Assembly (NCBI GenBank): GCA_043775015.1 | Contig: JAYVSV010000029.1 | Span: 6,818-70,817 of the forward strand | Length of the DNA: 64,000 nucleotides | From: Verrucomicrobiota bacterium | GTDB lineage: Bacteria > Verrucomicrobiota > Verrucomicrobiia > Limisphaerales > CANJXF01 | Direction: 5' to 3' | In this document: positions 28,891 to 37,991 of the stretch, in pieces | How the letters are laid out: each line of letters starts with the position of its first letter | Numbering within the stretch: the stretch's first letter is position 1 | Made by a program: the position numbers and the translations under genes | Notes under the pieces: generated by a model | Seen by the model: only the letters and a program-made list of their open reading frames with translations | Told to the model about the DNA's origin: nothing | Database searches by the model: none

Positions 28891-29634
28891 ATGATTACAC
28901 GACGCCAGGCCATCAAAAAAACCGCATTGCTCGGAGCCGCTGCCATTGCCGCTCGTTCGACGATCGAAATCGCCTCAGCCCAAAACGCCGCCGCTACAGC
29001 GAGCGCGACAGCCGTCATCGGCCCATTTCGTGTTCCGTCCCTGCCCTACGCTTTTGACGCGCTGGAACCGCACATCGACGCTCGCACGATGGAGATTCAT
29101 CACGACAAACATCACGCGGCTTACGTGAATAACGTGAACAAAGCCCTCGCCGATTTTCCCGATCTTGCGAAGAAACCGGTTGAACAACTGCTCCAGAACC
29201 TTGAAGCCGTTCCCGAGAAAATCCGCGCGGTCGTTCGCAATAGTGGCGGCGGACACCTGAACCATTCTTTGTTCTGGTTGATGATGAAGAAAGACGGTGG
29301 CGGCGAACCGAAAGGCGAATTGGCCAAAGCCATTGATCAATCCTTCGGCAGCTTTGGGCAGTTCAAAGATAAATTCACCGAAGCGGCCACCAAACAATTT
29401 GGCAGCGGTTGGGCGTGGCTCACGCTGGGGAAAAACAAGGAGCTGCTCGTCGAAGGCGCGCCCAATCAGGACACGCCACTCTCCGCTGGACGCATCCCGC
29501 TGCTCGGCCTTGATGTTTGGGAGCATGCTTATTATCTAAAATATCAAAACAAACGTCCGGACTATATCGTGGCATTTTATAGCGTGATCGATTGGGATTT
29601 CGTTGCCGAACGTTTCCAAAAAGCACGAGTTTAG
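28891..29634 (+). CDS. sodA: Mn/Fe superoxide dismutase with twin-arginine signal
   Basis: TRRQAIK signal, LPYAFDALEPHID, HHDKHH, FGSGWAW and DVWEHAYY. Confidence 0.93.
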   Translation: MITRRQAIKKTALLGAAAIAARSTIEIASAQNAAATASATAVIGPFRVPSLPYAFDALEPHIDARTMEIHHDKHHAAYVNNVNKALADFPDLAKKPVEQLLQNLEAVPEKIRAVVRNSGGGHLNHSLFWLMMKKDGGGEPKGELAKAIDQSFGSFGQFKDKFTEAATKQFGSGWAWLTLGKNKELLVEGAPNQDTPLSAGRIPLLGLDVWEHAYYLKYQNKRPDYIVAFYSVIDWDFVAERFQKARV

Positions 29635-29671
29635 CATGGTTTTTTGCGACGAAGGTTTTTAAAGTCGGGAC

Positions 29672-30559
29672 ATGAACCAAGCACTGACCCGACGTTCCGC
29701 ACTTCGCAAACTTGCCGGTAGCGCTGCTGTTATCACCGCCGCTTCCAGCATTTCACATCGTCTCACCGCCGCTGAAAATTCTTTGAGCGCGCCGTTCAAA
29801 GGGCGGATTAATCATTCCGTTTGCAAATGGTGTTACCCGAAGATTGAGCTGGAAGACCTCTGTAAATCTGCCAAAGAGATCGGTCTTAAATCCATTGAGC
29901 TGCTCGACGTAAAGCATTTCGAGACGCTGAAAAAATACGACCTCACTTGCGCCATGGTTTCGGGCGTTCCGGGCGGAATCAGCAGCGGTCTCAACCGCAT
30001 CGAAAATCACGACAAGATTCTTCGCTTCATCGAAGAGACTGCTCCGGCGGCAGCCAAGGCGGGCGCGCCAAACATCATTTGCTTTTCTGGAAACCGTGCG
30101 GGAATGGATGACGCGCAAGGTCTGGAAAATTGTGCGATTGGCTTGAAGCGGATTGCGCCGATTGCGGAAAAGCACAAGGTGACTATCTGCATGGAGTTGT
30201 TAAACAGTCGCGTGAATCACAAAGATTACATGTGCGACAAATCAGCTTGGGGCGTGGAGCTCGTGAAGCGCGTCGGATCGGAACGGTTCAAACTGCTTTA
30301 CGATATTTACCACATGCAAATCATGGAAGGCGACATGATCGCAACGATCAAAAAGAATTACGAATCGTTCGGCCATTACCACACCGGCGGCGTTCCGGGA
30401 CGGGCCGAAATCGACGACACTCAGGAAATTTTTTATCCCGCCGTGATGAAAGCGATTGTCGAAACCGGTTACAAAGGATTCGTCGCACAGGAATTCGTTC
30501 CCAAACGCGAAGATAAAATTGCCTCGCTGAAACAAGGGGTGAAGATTTGTGATGTGTAA
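29672..30559 (+). CDS. Hydroxypyruvate isomerase-like TIM-barrel protein, Tat-exported
   Basis: TRRSALR signal, ELLNS, LYDIYHMQIMEG, HYHTGGVPGR.E and QEF. Confidence 0.88.
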   Translation: MNQALTRRSALRKLAGSAAVITAASSISHRLTAAENSLSAPFKGRINHSVCKWCYPKIELEDLCKSAKEIGLKSIELLDVKHFETLKKYDLTCAMVSGVPGGISSGLNRIENHDKILRFIEETAPAAAKAGAPNIICFSGNRAGMDDAQGLENCAIGLKRIAPIAEKHKVTICMELLNSRVNHKDYMCDKSAWGVELVKRVGSERFKLLYDIYHMQIMEGDMIATIKKNYESFGHYHTGGVPGRAEIDDTQEIFYPAVMKAIVETGYKGFVAQEFVPKREDKIASLKQGVKICDV

Positions 30560-30564
30560 ATTAC

Positions 30565-31182
30565 ATGCACATAAGCTATAATCGCCGCACTGCTACAAAG
30601 GTTAAGAATGGCCGTGTGCAACGTAAGAACCGCCATTTGCCAACCGGGCTGCAAGGTTATGTAATTGACCGCGAATCGCCCGGGCGCGGCTTTCGTCATG
30701 TGTTGAGCAAGCGGGATTTGCAGGCATTCATTGACCTCATTCCCGATTGGGATCAACTCTCCCAGCGCTTGGAACGCATCGTTTTGGGGAGTGCCAATTC
30801 CTGCGACGGAGAATACGTTTTTTATCACCGTGAGGAGACGTCATCGATTTTCCTTAATGCGTGGCAAAAAGATTTATGGATGGAAATCGCAACTGAATAT
30901 TTCGATTCGCATAAAGAAATTTTTCACAGACTTGGGGTTTCGCATGAAACGTCAGATAAAGCGATTTTGTGCAGATTTACAGAAGCACAAGTCAGGGCTT
31001 TTATGTTGCTTCACGTTTTCATGCACGAACTCGGCCATCACCACGATCGGCTTCAGCAGAAACATCACGACGCGAAACGTGGCGAAGATTACGCGGAACG
31101 ATTCGCCAACAACAGATTCAATCAAATGCTTCCTGCTTACATTCGTGTCTTTGGTGACCCGCGTAGGCACAACGAAGTTTAA
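30565..31182 (+). CDS. Hypothetical protein with HExxH zinc-binding motif
   Basis: FMHELGHHH...EDYAERFA, a zincin-like arrangement. Confidence 0.65.
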   Translation: MHISYNRRTATKVKNGRVQRKNRHLPTGLQGYVIDRESPGRGFRHVLSKRDLQAFIDLIPDWDQLSQRLERIVLGSANSCDGEYVFYHREETSSIFLNAWQKDLWMEIATEYFDSHKEIFHRLGVSHETSDKAILCRFTEAQVRAFMLLHVFMHELGHHHDRLQQKHHDAKRGEDYAERFANNRFNQMLPAYIRVFGDPRRHNEV

Positions 31183-32547
31183 TCAATACCGCTTCTGGAG
31201 CTTCGCCATCTCCGCTTTCATTTCTTTAAAAGCTTTTCCCGCCGAAGAATCGTTCACTAAATTTTTCATTTCAAACGGGTCTTTCTTTAAATCGTAAAGT
31301 TCATCCATGCCTGGCAGGTCTTGGTATTGAATATATTTCCACCGGTCAGTGCGAACGGCTTGCCAGGTCGGGGTGCGAAATTGTTTCTCGTTGAAATATT
31401 CGAACAGAGCGGCGTCGCGCCATTTCGCGTTCGGATTGTGCAGCAGCGACAAAAAGGATTTACCTTGAACGGCTTTCGGAATCTTCGCGCCGCCCAATTC
31501 CAGCAACGTCGGCGCGAGGTCGATGTTCAAAACAATCTTGTTGATAACGGTCCCGGGTTTCGCGAGCTTCGGATAACGCACGAGCAGCGGGTCACGAATG
31601 GATTCTTCATACGCCCAACGTTTGTCGCCGAGGCCGTGTTCGCCCCAGAAAAATCCATTGTCACTGCTGAAAATAAATATCGTGTTGTCAAGCTGGCCGG
31701 ATTGTTCGAGCGCAGTGAAAATCTGCCCGACACCTTCGTCGATTGCGGCGAGACTGCGGAGTTGTTGCAACATGGTGGGTGTTGGAAAATCTTTCCACGG
31801 TTTTGAATTTTCTTTGCGGGGCCTGCTTTTGATTGGCGTTTTTTCACTTTCCACCAGGGCAGGTTTGCCATCGAGCGAGTCGTGCAAACTCGGGATGGTT
31901 GGAACATGGGTCACGCCGGAATACAAATCCTGATGCCGCTCCGCCGACGTGAACGGGCCATGCACCGCTTTGTGGGCGAGGCAGAGCACAAACGGTTTTG
32001 CATGTTCCCTTTTTATGAAGGCGACCGCGTTGCTGTTCAGAATATCGGTGATGTAGCCGGTCGCTCTGGCAGCGGTTCCGTCCACATTAATCATCGGATC
32101 GTTGTAAATGCCCTGCCCTTTGAAACTGACCCAACGATCAAAACCGGGTCGCGGCGAATCGTCATTGCCCATGTGAAGTTTACCGATGTAAGCCGTTTCA
32201 TAACCAGCGTCCTTCAGCAGCTTCGGAAAAGTCACGAGCTGATGGCTGAGTTCATTGTGATTGCTGTTGTCAATCACTCCGTTGCGATGGGCATATTGGC
32301 CGGTGAGAAACGTCGCGCGGCTCGGTGAGCAAAGCGGCAGTGTGACGAAAAAGTTTTTGAAGAGAGCGCCTTCTTTTGCAAGTCGATCGATGTTCGGCGT
32401 TTTCGCCACGGGATGACCCATGCAACTGAGCGCATCCCAGCGTAAATCATCGACCAAAACAAAAACGATATTTGGCCGGGACGTTTTGGCGGCGTGAAGG
32501 TTTGAGACAAACAAAAGTGCGGCGACAAAAATGAGAATTTTTTTCAT
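31183..32547 (-). CDS. Sulfatase (N-acetylglucosamine-6-sulfatase-like)
   Basis: PNIVFVLVDD, CSPSR formylglycine motif, GKLH, SSDNG and ELYDL..DP.E; signal peptide. Confidence 0.93.
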   Translation of the reverse strand: MKKILIFVAALLFVSNLHAAKTSRPNIVFVLVDDLRWDALSCMGHPVAKTPNIDRLAKEGALFKNFFVTLPLCSPSRATFLTGQYAHRNGVIDNSNHNELSHQLVTFPKLLKDAGYETAYIGKLHMGNDDSPRPGFDRWVSFKGQGIYNDPMINVDGTAARATGYITDILNSNAVAFIKREHAKPFVLCLAHKAVHGPFTSAERHQDLYSGVTHVPTIPSLHDSLDGKPALVESEKTPIKSRPRKENSKPWKDFPTPTMLQQLRSLAAIDEGVGQIFTALEQSGQLDNTIFIFSSDNGFFWGEHGLGDKRWAYEESIRDPLLVRYPKLAKPGTVINKIVLNIDLAPTLLELGGAKIPKAVQGKSFLSLLHNPNAKWRDAALFEYFNEKQFRTPTWQAVRTDRWKYIQYQDLPGMDELYDLKKDPFEMKNLVNDSSAGKAFKEMKAEMAKLQKRY

Positions 32548-32721
32548 GTGCAAGTTGCAGACAAACGATGCAAAACCGACGTTACAAATTCCATTGGCCG
32601 AGTGCAATCCAACGACGAATTTGTTCACCCTGGGTCTGCCGGAGAGAAGACGTTTTAGAGCCTAGTAAATCCTTCACGCTCTGTTCTTGTTTCAATTCGT
32701 GGGGTGAGTTAAAGAATCGGT

Positions 32722-33351
32722 GTGATAGCGTTTCCAAAGAAACCGATTCCACAGCAAAAATCCACGGAAGCGGCGTTTTCACTGGTGGAACTCCTGATCT
32801 CAATCATTTTGGTTCTGATTCTTTCGGTGATGGTACTGGGGCGCGGCAACTGGTCGGATGGGCAGCGCAAAATGGTCAATTGCCAAAAAAATCTACAGAG
32901 TATTTACGTGGCCCTGAGTATTTACGCTGCGGAAAACAAAGATGCTTTTCCGGCAATCAAAGGGGCAGAAGCTTCGGAAGCTCCACTCAGTTTGCTTGTT
33001 CCGCGCAGCACCACTGTGACCGAGTTGTTTATTTGCCCCAGCAGTTCGGATAACAAGTTGCCGGAGGGAGAGTCCTTTGCGAAGCGGCGCATCAGTTATG
33101 CCTACTACATGAATCACACAAAAAGCGATGGCGCAGGCGCGCTCCTGTTGTCAGACCGGCAAGTGAACACGTTTCCGAAAGTGACGCGGCAGCTTGTTTT
33201 TTCCGAGAACGGCAAGCCGCCCGGCGCGAACCATCGTAAGGTGGGCGGAAATTTTCTTTATTGCGACGGTGAATTCAATTCGGTCAAACCTCGGGCGTCG
33301 CACGATTTTCTCTTTCCCACCAACATCGTTTTGCTAAATCCCAAGCCATAA
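32722..33351 (+). CDS. Prepilin-type N-terminal / H-X9-DG domain protein
   Basis: AFSLVELL type IV pilin-like cleavage site, C..NL, LFICPS and H...GGNFLYCDG. Confidence 0.85.
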   Translation: MIAFPKKPIPQQKSTEAAFSLVELLISIILVLILSVMVLGRGNWSDGQRKMVNCQKNLQSIYVALSIYAAENKDAFPAIKGAEASEAPLSLLVPRSTTVTELFICPSSSDNKLPEGESFAKRRISYAYYMNHTKSDGAGALLLSDRQVNTFPKVTRQLVFSENGKPPGANHRKVGGNFLYCDGEFNSVKPRASHDFLFPTNIVLLNPKP

Positions 33352-33353
33352 TT

Positions 33354-35510
33354 ATGAACATCAAAGTTCAATGTTCCTGCGATACACGCTACTCGTTTGA
33401 AGTCGAACCGGTGCATGGCAAAATGCCTGCCAGCATTTTCTGCCCGAAGTGCGGGGCTGACGGCACGGATTACGCCAATCAAATCATCCAACAAAATTTG
33501 GGGGATACGCCCGAGCCTACGGATGTTCCAGTGAGTAAGCCGAGGATTCGTTTGCATGTCGCTGCTACTCATGCTGCGCCGCCTCCCGTACTGGCCGTTG
33601 CGGGTGAAAGTGGCGCAGTCACCCACGCAGCGGTCGAGATGTGTCATCGTCATCCACGTAGCGCAGCGACCGAACATTGCGTCGTTTGTCAGAAACCAAT
33701 TTGTCCCGAGTGCATGCAGACGTTCGGCTACTTGTGCTCCGTAAGCTGTCGGTATCGCGCGGAACAGGAAAAAATCCGCGTGCCGGTTTATAAACTTCAG
33801 CGAAACTTGGTGGAACGTGGCACGGTCCGCAAATCAGTGGGGATCAGTGTCGCGGTTGGACTCGTGGTCGTGGCGCTCTTTGGGGCGTTGATCTGGTACA
33901 CGATGAGCGGCTCGAAACCGCGTTCTTATTACACGTTGAAACTCCCGTCTGAAAAAGGTGGAACTTACTCTCAATTTCTCGGGCCTAACCAAATTTTGCT
34001 GCTGAATAAAAATAAGATTTCCGTACACAACATCAAAACGAAAAAAGAGGCTTGGTCCACGGTGTTGGACGATCCCAAAACCGAGACAGCAACCGCCTCC
34101 ACCAAGGTCGCCGGAAAAAAACCGGTCGTGGACGAGGACGAATCCTATGGCTATGAAGATTATTCGTCGGGGCCAGCACCCCACTTCTCGGGCAACGAAA
34201 TCTGGATTTGTCTTTCGCACCGCGCTGTTTGTGTGGATCTGACCAGTGGCACGATCAAACACAATGTTCCGTTCAAAGGGCGACGCGTTAGTTTCACACC
34301 GGGTGAATCAACGCTCCTGGTGGTTTCCGAAAGCGGGCCGACGAAAAAAATTGTGACCCAAATCAGCCTGGCTTCCGGCGAACCCAAGACTTCAGAAGTC
34401 ACCGTGGCAGCCAGAGAGAAAGTTGGTCTGTCCAAGGATTTGCCGTCCACGATCCTTCCGACTGCTGGGCTGCTCATGAAATACGAACTGGATGCGGCCA
34501 AGGTGAATCAGCCATCCATTTATAAATCGAGCAGCGAATTTTTTCCAGCCGGTCAAAATTTGGTGGAGATGCGGGTCAAGCTGGTGGAAGCAAAATTGAC
34601 GACGGTGCAAACGATGAAAAAACCGGGGGCATCTAAATTAAATTCTGGCACGAGCTCCTCGACCAGCACGCGCGCCGTGGCTGAGGAAATTTTTAACGAA
34701 CTCAAACGAGCCGACACCGGTGGTTTCCGGCAGGTGGACGAAAGTCGTTACGGTGTAACCCTGCATCGGGAGATGGAAACAGGCGCGACCGATTGGACCG
34801 GCGAAGTCCACGGCGTGCCGATATTCTTTCCTCTGAAAACGGTGGACCTGCTAACGGCTGGAAAGAGCCTTCTGATTTTCGACAAACAAAATAAAAAAGT
34901 TGCGCAAGCCGAACTCACGTTCCCGATCGCTGATCATTTTACCACTGAATATCACGGGAACGAAGGACCTTGCCTTGAAGCGAACGGCACATTGTTCTTC
35001 TTTGATAAAGGTGTTTTGACGGCGTTTGATTTGCCAACCGGCGCGGTGCGTTGGCGGTTGCCCAGTGTCGGAATCAGCGGCATCCACTTGGATAAGAAAG
35101 GCTTTTTGTATGTCGGCACTACGACCGCAGCGCCGGAAGATATTCAATATTCTGAGCAGATCAAAATGAGCGACGCCATCACACCGCTGGTCATGAAGGT
35201 GGAGGCAGTTTCAGGAAAAATATTATGGAAGAGCGCGCAAACCTGCGACGAGGTTTTTCTCACTGGGAAATATGTTTATGTCACCGATTCTTCGAGAAAA
35301 GGTTTCTCCATGATCACGGCTGCGCAAGATGCATTTGGCCAATCGTCAAAAGGTGGAGGACTGCGGCTCTATCGAATTGATCCTTCAAATGGGAAAAAAA
35401 TGTGGTCCTTCAGCAAACAAGGCCAACCGGAAAACGTCGACTTTGCGGAGAATAGAATTCTTCTTCATTACTCGAACGAAATTGAAATCATGAAATTTAT
35501 TTCATTCTAG
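33354..35510 (+). CDS. Membrane protein with N-terminal Zn-ribbon and B-box-like motifs and a PQQ-like beta-propeller
   Basis: CxC..CPKC, CHRHP....EHCVVCQKPICPEC, one TM helix, and repeated 'D..TG...W' blades. Confidence 0.7.
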   Translation: MNIKVQCSCDTRYSFEVEPVHGKMPASIFCPKCGADGTDYANQIIQQNLGDTPEPTDVPVSKPRIRLHVAATHAAPPPVLAVAGESGAVTHAAVEMCHRHPRSAATEHCVVCQKPICPECMQTFGYLCSVSCRYRAEQEKIRVPVYKLQRNLVERGTVRKSVGISVAVGLVVVALFGALIWYTMSGSKPRSYYTLKLPSEKGGTYSQFLGPNQILLLNKNKISVHNIKTKKEAWSTVLDDPKTETATASTKVAGKKPVVDEDESYGYEDYSSGPAPHFSGNEIWICLSHRAVCVDLTSGTIKHNVPFKGRRVSFTPGESTLLVVSESGPTKKIVTQISLASGEPKTSEVTVAAREKVGLSKDLPSTILPTAGLLMKYELDAAKVNQPSIYKSSSEFFPAGQNLVEMRVKLVEAKLTTVQTMKKPGASKLNSGTSSSTSTRAVAEEIFNELKRADTGGFRQVDESRYGVTLHREMETGATDWTGEVHGVPIFFPLKTVDLLTAGKSLLIFDKQNKKVAQAELTFPIADHFTTEYHGNEGPCLEANGTLFFFDKGVLTAFDLPTGAVRWRLPSVGISGIHLDKKGFLYVGTTTAAPEDIQYSEQIKMSDAITPLVMKVEAVSGKILWKSAQTCDEVFLTGKYVYVTDSSRKGFSMITAAQDAFGQSSKGGGLRLYRIDPSNGKKMWSFSKQGQPENVDFAENRILLHYSNEIEIMKFISF

Positions 35511-35681
35511 GCCAACTGAAACGAGGCCTCGCTAATAACGCGACAACAGCGACGCGCGGTGGCTGCAAGATCGGTTGCCATCGACCGCGAGCGGGTTCCC
35601 GCCATAACTTAACCCTCAGTCCTGAAATGAAATGTCTTTCGTTCTAGTGGAACTTTGGTTTGATTCTCGACGAATTCGGGC

Positions 35682-36608
35682 ATGAATCCAAAAATTAAAA
35701 TAGGTCTTTACGCAGTTTTAATAATTGCTGCCGCCATCTTTGCTGGTCTTTTTTATTCCAGTTACAAGAGCGCGCCCTCGGCCTCGGCGGAAACCAACGC
35801 GCTGACCCAAATAACCGCTGAGATTACCAACCCCGCGCCTACGAATTTAGATACCGCAATCAACCACGTAACGAACGCCCCAGCGCCAGCCAATACCAAC
35901 GCGGCAACAACAAATCCAGGAACCGGGCCAAAGATGGTTCCGCCCGCCGTGCTCACTGCGAAACAACCTGCCCATGGCCGCAGCGGAATGATCGGGTATC
36001 TGTGTGCTTTTTTGGCCGTGGCGATTTTTCTAGGTCTATTGATTGCCCGCGATATTTCGGAATTCTTTGGAAATCGCAGCGTTCAATTCATGTTCAATGA
36101 CGAGGGTGAGGGAATTAAAAATCCCGAATACGAAGAGGCGGAACAGGAATGGGCCAACGGTCATCATCTCGAGGCGGTTCGGTTGATGCGCGCGTATCTG
36201 GTGAACAACCCCCGCGAACAAGGGGTTGCCCTGCGCATTGCGGAAATTTACGAAAAAGATTTGAAGAACAATCTCGCCGCTGCCCTGGAATACGAAGAAG
36301 TGTTGAAACATAAATTGCAGCCAGAGCGTTGGGGTTGGGCGGCAATTCATCTTTGCAATTTGTATTCCAAAATGGGCAAAACAGCGGAAGCGGTCGCGTT
36401 GCTGCATCGAATCGTCGCGGAATTCGGGCAAACTCCAGCAGCGGAAAAGGCACGCAAACGACTGGCCATGTTTGAAACCGTCGGTGAAGAAGGTCTCGAT
36501 GGAGATTTGCCTGATTCCATCCAGAGCGCACCGCCCAAGCCGGCTGAACCGGAAGAAAAAACCCGGCCAGCCTCGAACCTTCCGCCCGGCTTCCGTCCGA
36601 AAAAATAA
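35682..36608 (+). CDS. Two-TM protein with C-terminal TPR-like domain
   Basis: TM, T/N/P-rich linker, TM, then helical repeats (IAEIYEKDL..AALEYE). Confidence 0.7.
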   Translation: MNPKIKIGLYAVLIIAAAIFAGLFYSSYKSAPSASAETNALTQITAEITNPAPTNLDTAINHVTNAPAPANTNAATTNPGTGPKMVPPAVLTAKQPAHGRSGMIGYLCAFLAVAIFLGLLIARDISEFFGNRSVQFMFNDEGEGIKNPEYEEAEQEWANGHHLEAVRLMRAYLVNNPREQGVALRIAEIYEKDLKNNLAAALEYEEVLKHKLQPERWGWAAIHLCNLYSKMGKTAEAVALLHRIVAEFGQTPAAEKARKRLAMFETVGEEGLDGDLPDSIQSAPPKPAEPEEKTRPASNLPPGFRPKK

Positions 36609-36663
36609 CCGGAAATTAGATTTCCTTTCCCATCAGAAAATCAAAAAAGAGTCCACTTTCATT

Positions 36664-37911
36664 ATGTCCGACACCTACATTCAAAACCTTTTTGCCGAAC
36701 GCATCGGCGGTAAACAGTACGGCAAATCCACCGCCATTTATAAATTCGAAAAAATCAAGCGCGCAAAACGCGCCGCGCTCGCTGCAAATCCTGGAGCCGA
36801 AATCATCGACATGGGCGTTGGCGAACCCGACGAAATGGCATTCCCTGAGGTAGTCGCGAAATTGCACGAGGAAGCGCTCAAACCCGAGAATCGCGGTTAC
36901 TCCGACAACGGTGACGGCGTTTTGAAAGAAGCGGCGGCGCGTTATCTGGAGAAAGTATGTGGTGTGAAAGGAATCAATCCGGACACAGAAGTTTTACATT
37001 CTATTGGCAGCAAAGCCGCGCTTTCCATTCTTCCTGCAGCGCTCATTAATCCTGGTGATTACGTTTTGATGACCACGCCTGGTTATCCGGTTTTCGGAAC
37101 GCACGCGAAATATTGCGGAGGGCTTGTCCATAATTTGCCACTGACGGAAGCGAACCAGTTTTTGCCAGACTTGGATAACATTCCCGGTGATGTCTTGGCC
37201 AAAGCCAAGGTGCTCGTCATCAATTATCCAAACAACCCGACCGGGGCGAGCGCCACGCCGGAGTTTTACGCGAAGGTGGTCGAGTTCGCAAAAAAGAACC
37301 AGATCGTGGTCATCTCGGACGCTGCCTACGCCGCACTAGTTTTCGAGGGCAATCCGCTGAGTTTTTTGTCCACGCCCGGCGCGAAAGACGTGGGCATCGA
37401 ACTTCATTCCACGAGCAAAACGTTCAACATGACCGGCTGGCGCTGCGGCTTTGTGGCGGGAAATGAATTGTTGGTCAAGGCGTACGGTGATGTGAAAGAC
37501 AACACCGATTCGGGCCAATTTCTCGCCATCCAACACGCGGCTGGATATTGCTTTGATCATCCCGAGATGACTGAAAAAATTGCAGCCAAGTATTCTCGCC
37601 GGATGAATTCCCTCGTCACGGTACTGCGGCAGGCTGGCTTAAACGCGAAGAAACCGCGTGGCTCGTTTTTCCTCTACGTCAAGGCTCCGAAAGCGGCTCT
37701 GAAAAAAGATGGCTCGCGTGTTGAATTCAAAAATGGCGAAGAAGTTTCGCAATGGTTGATCACGGAAAAATTAATCTCCACTGTTCCGTGGGACGAAGCC
37801 GGAGCAAACCTGCGATTCAGTGTCACCTTCGTCGCAAAAAGCGAAGCCGACGAAACGCGTGTGCTGAATGAAATCTCAAGACGCCTCAACGATGTGAATT
37901 TTGAGTTTTAA
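36664..37911 (+). CDS. dapL: LL-diaminopimelate aminotransferase (class I PLP enzyme)
   Basis: DMGVGEPD, INYPNNPTG, DAAY, HSTSKTFNMTGWR and NTDSGQF. Confidence 0.88.
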   Translation: MSDTYIQNLFAERIGGKQYGKSTAIYKFEKIKRAKRAALAANPGAEIIDMGVGEPDEMAFPEVVAKLHEEALKPENRGYSDNGDGVLKEAAARYLEKVCGVKGINPDTEVLHSIGSKAALSILPAALINPGDYVLMTTPGYPVFGTHAKYCGGLVHNLPLTEANQFLPDLDNIPGDVLAKAKVLVINYPNNPTGASATPEFYAKVVEFAKKNQIVVISDAAYAALVFEGNPLSFLSTPGAKDVGIELHSTSKTFNMTGWRCGFVAGNELLVKAYGDVKDNTDSGQFLAIQHAAGYCFDHPEMTEKIAAKYSRRMNSLVTVLRQAGLNAKKPRGSFFLYVKAPKAALKKDGSRVEFKNGEEVSQWLITEKLISTVPWDEAGANLRFSVTFVAKSEADETRVLNEISRRLNDVNFEF

Positions 37912-37991
37912 AGATTTTGTTAGAGATTCAGTTTTTAAAATGATTTTCGCTTTCAAGCGATATTGAAACGCTCAGGGCTTTTCCTCCTGAA

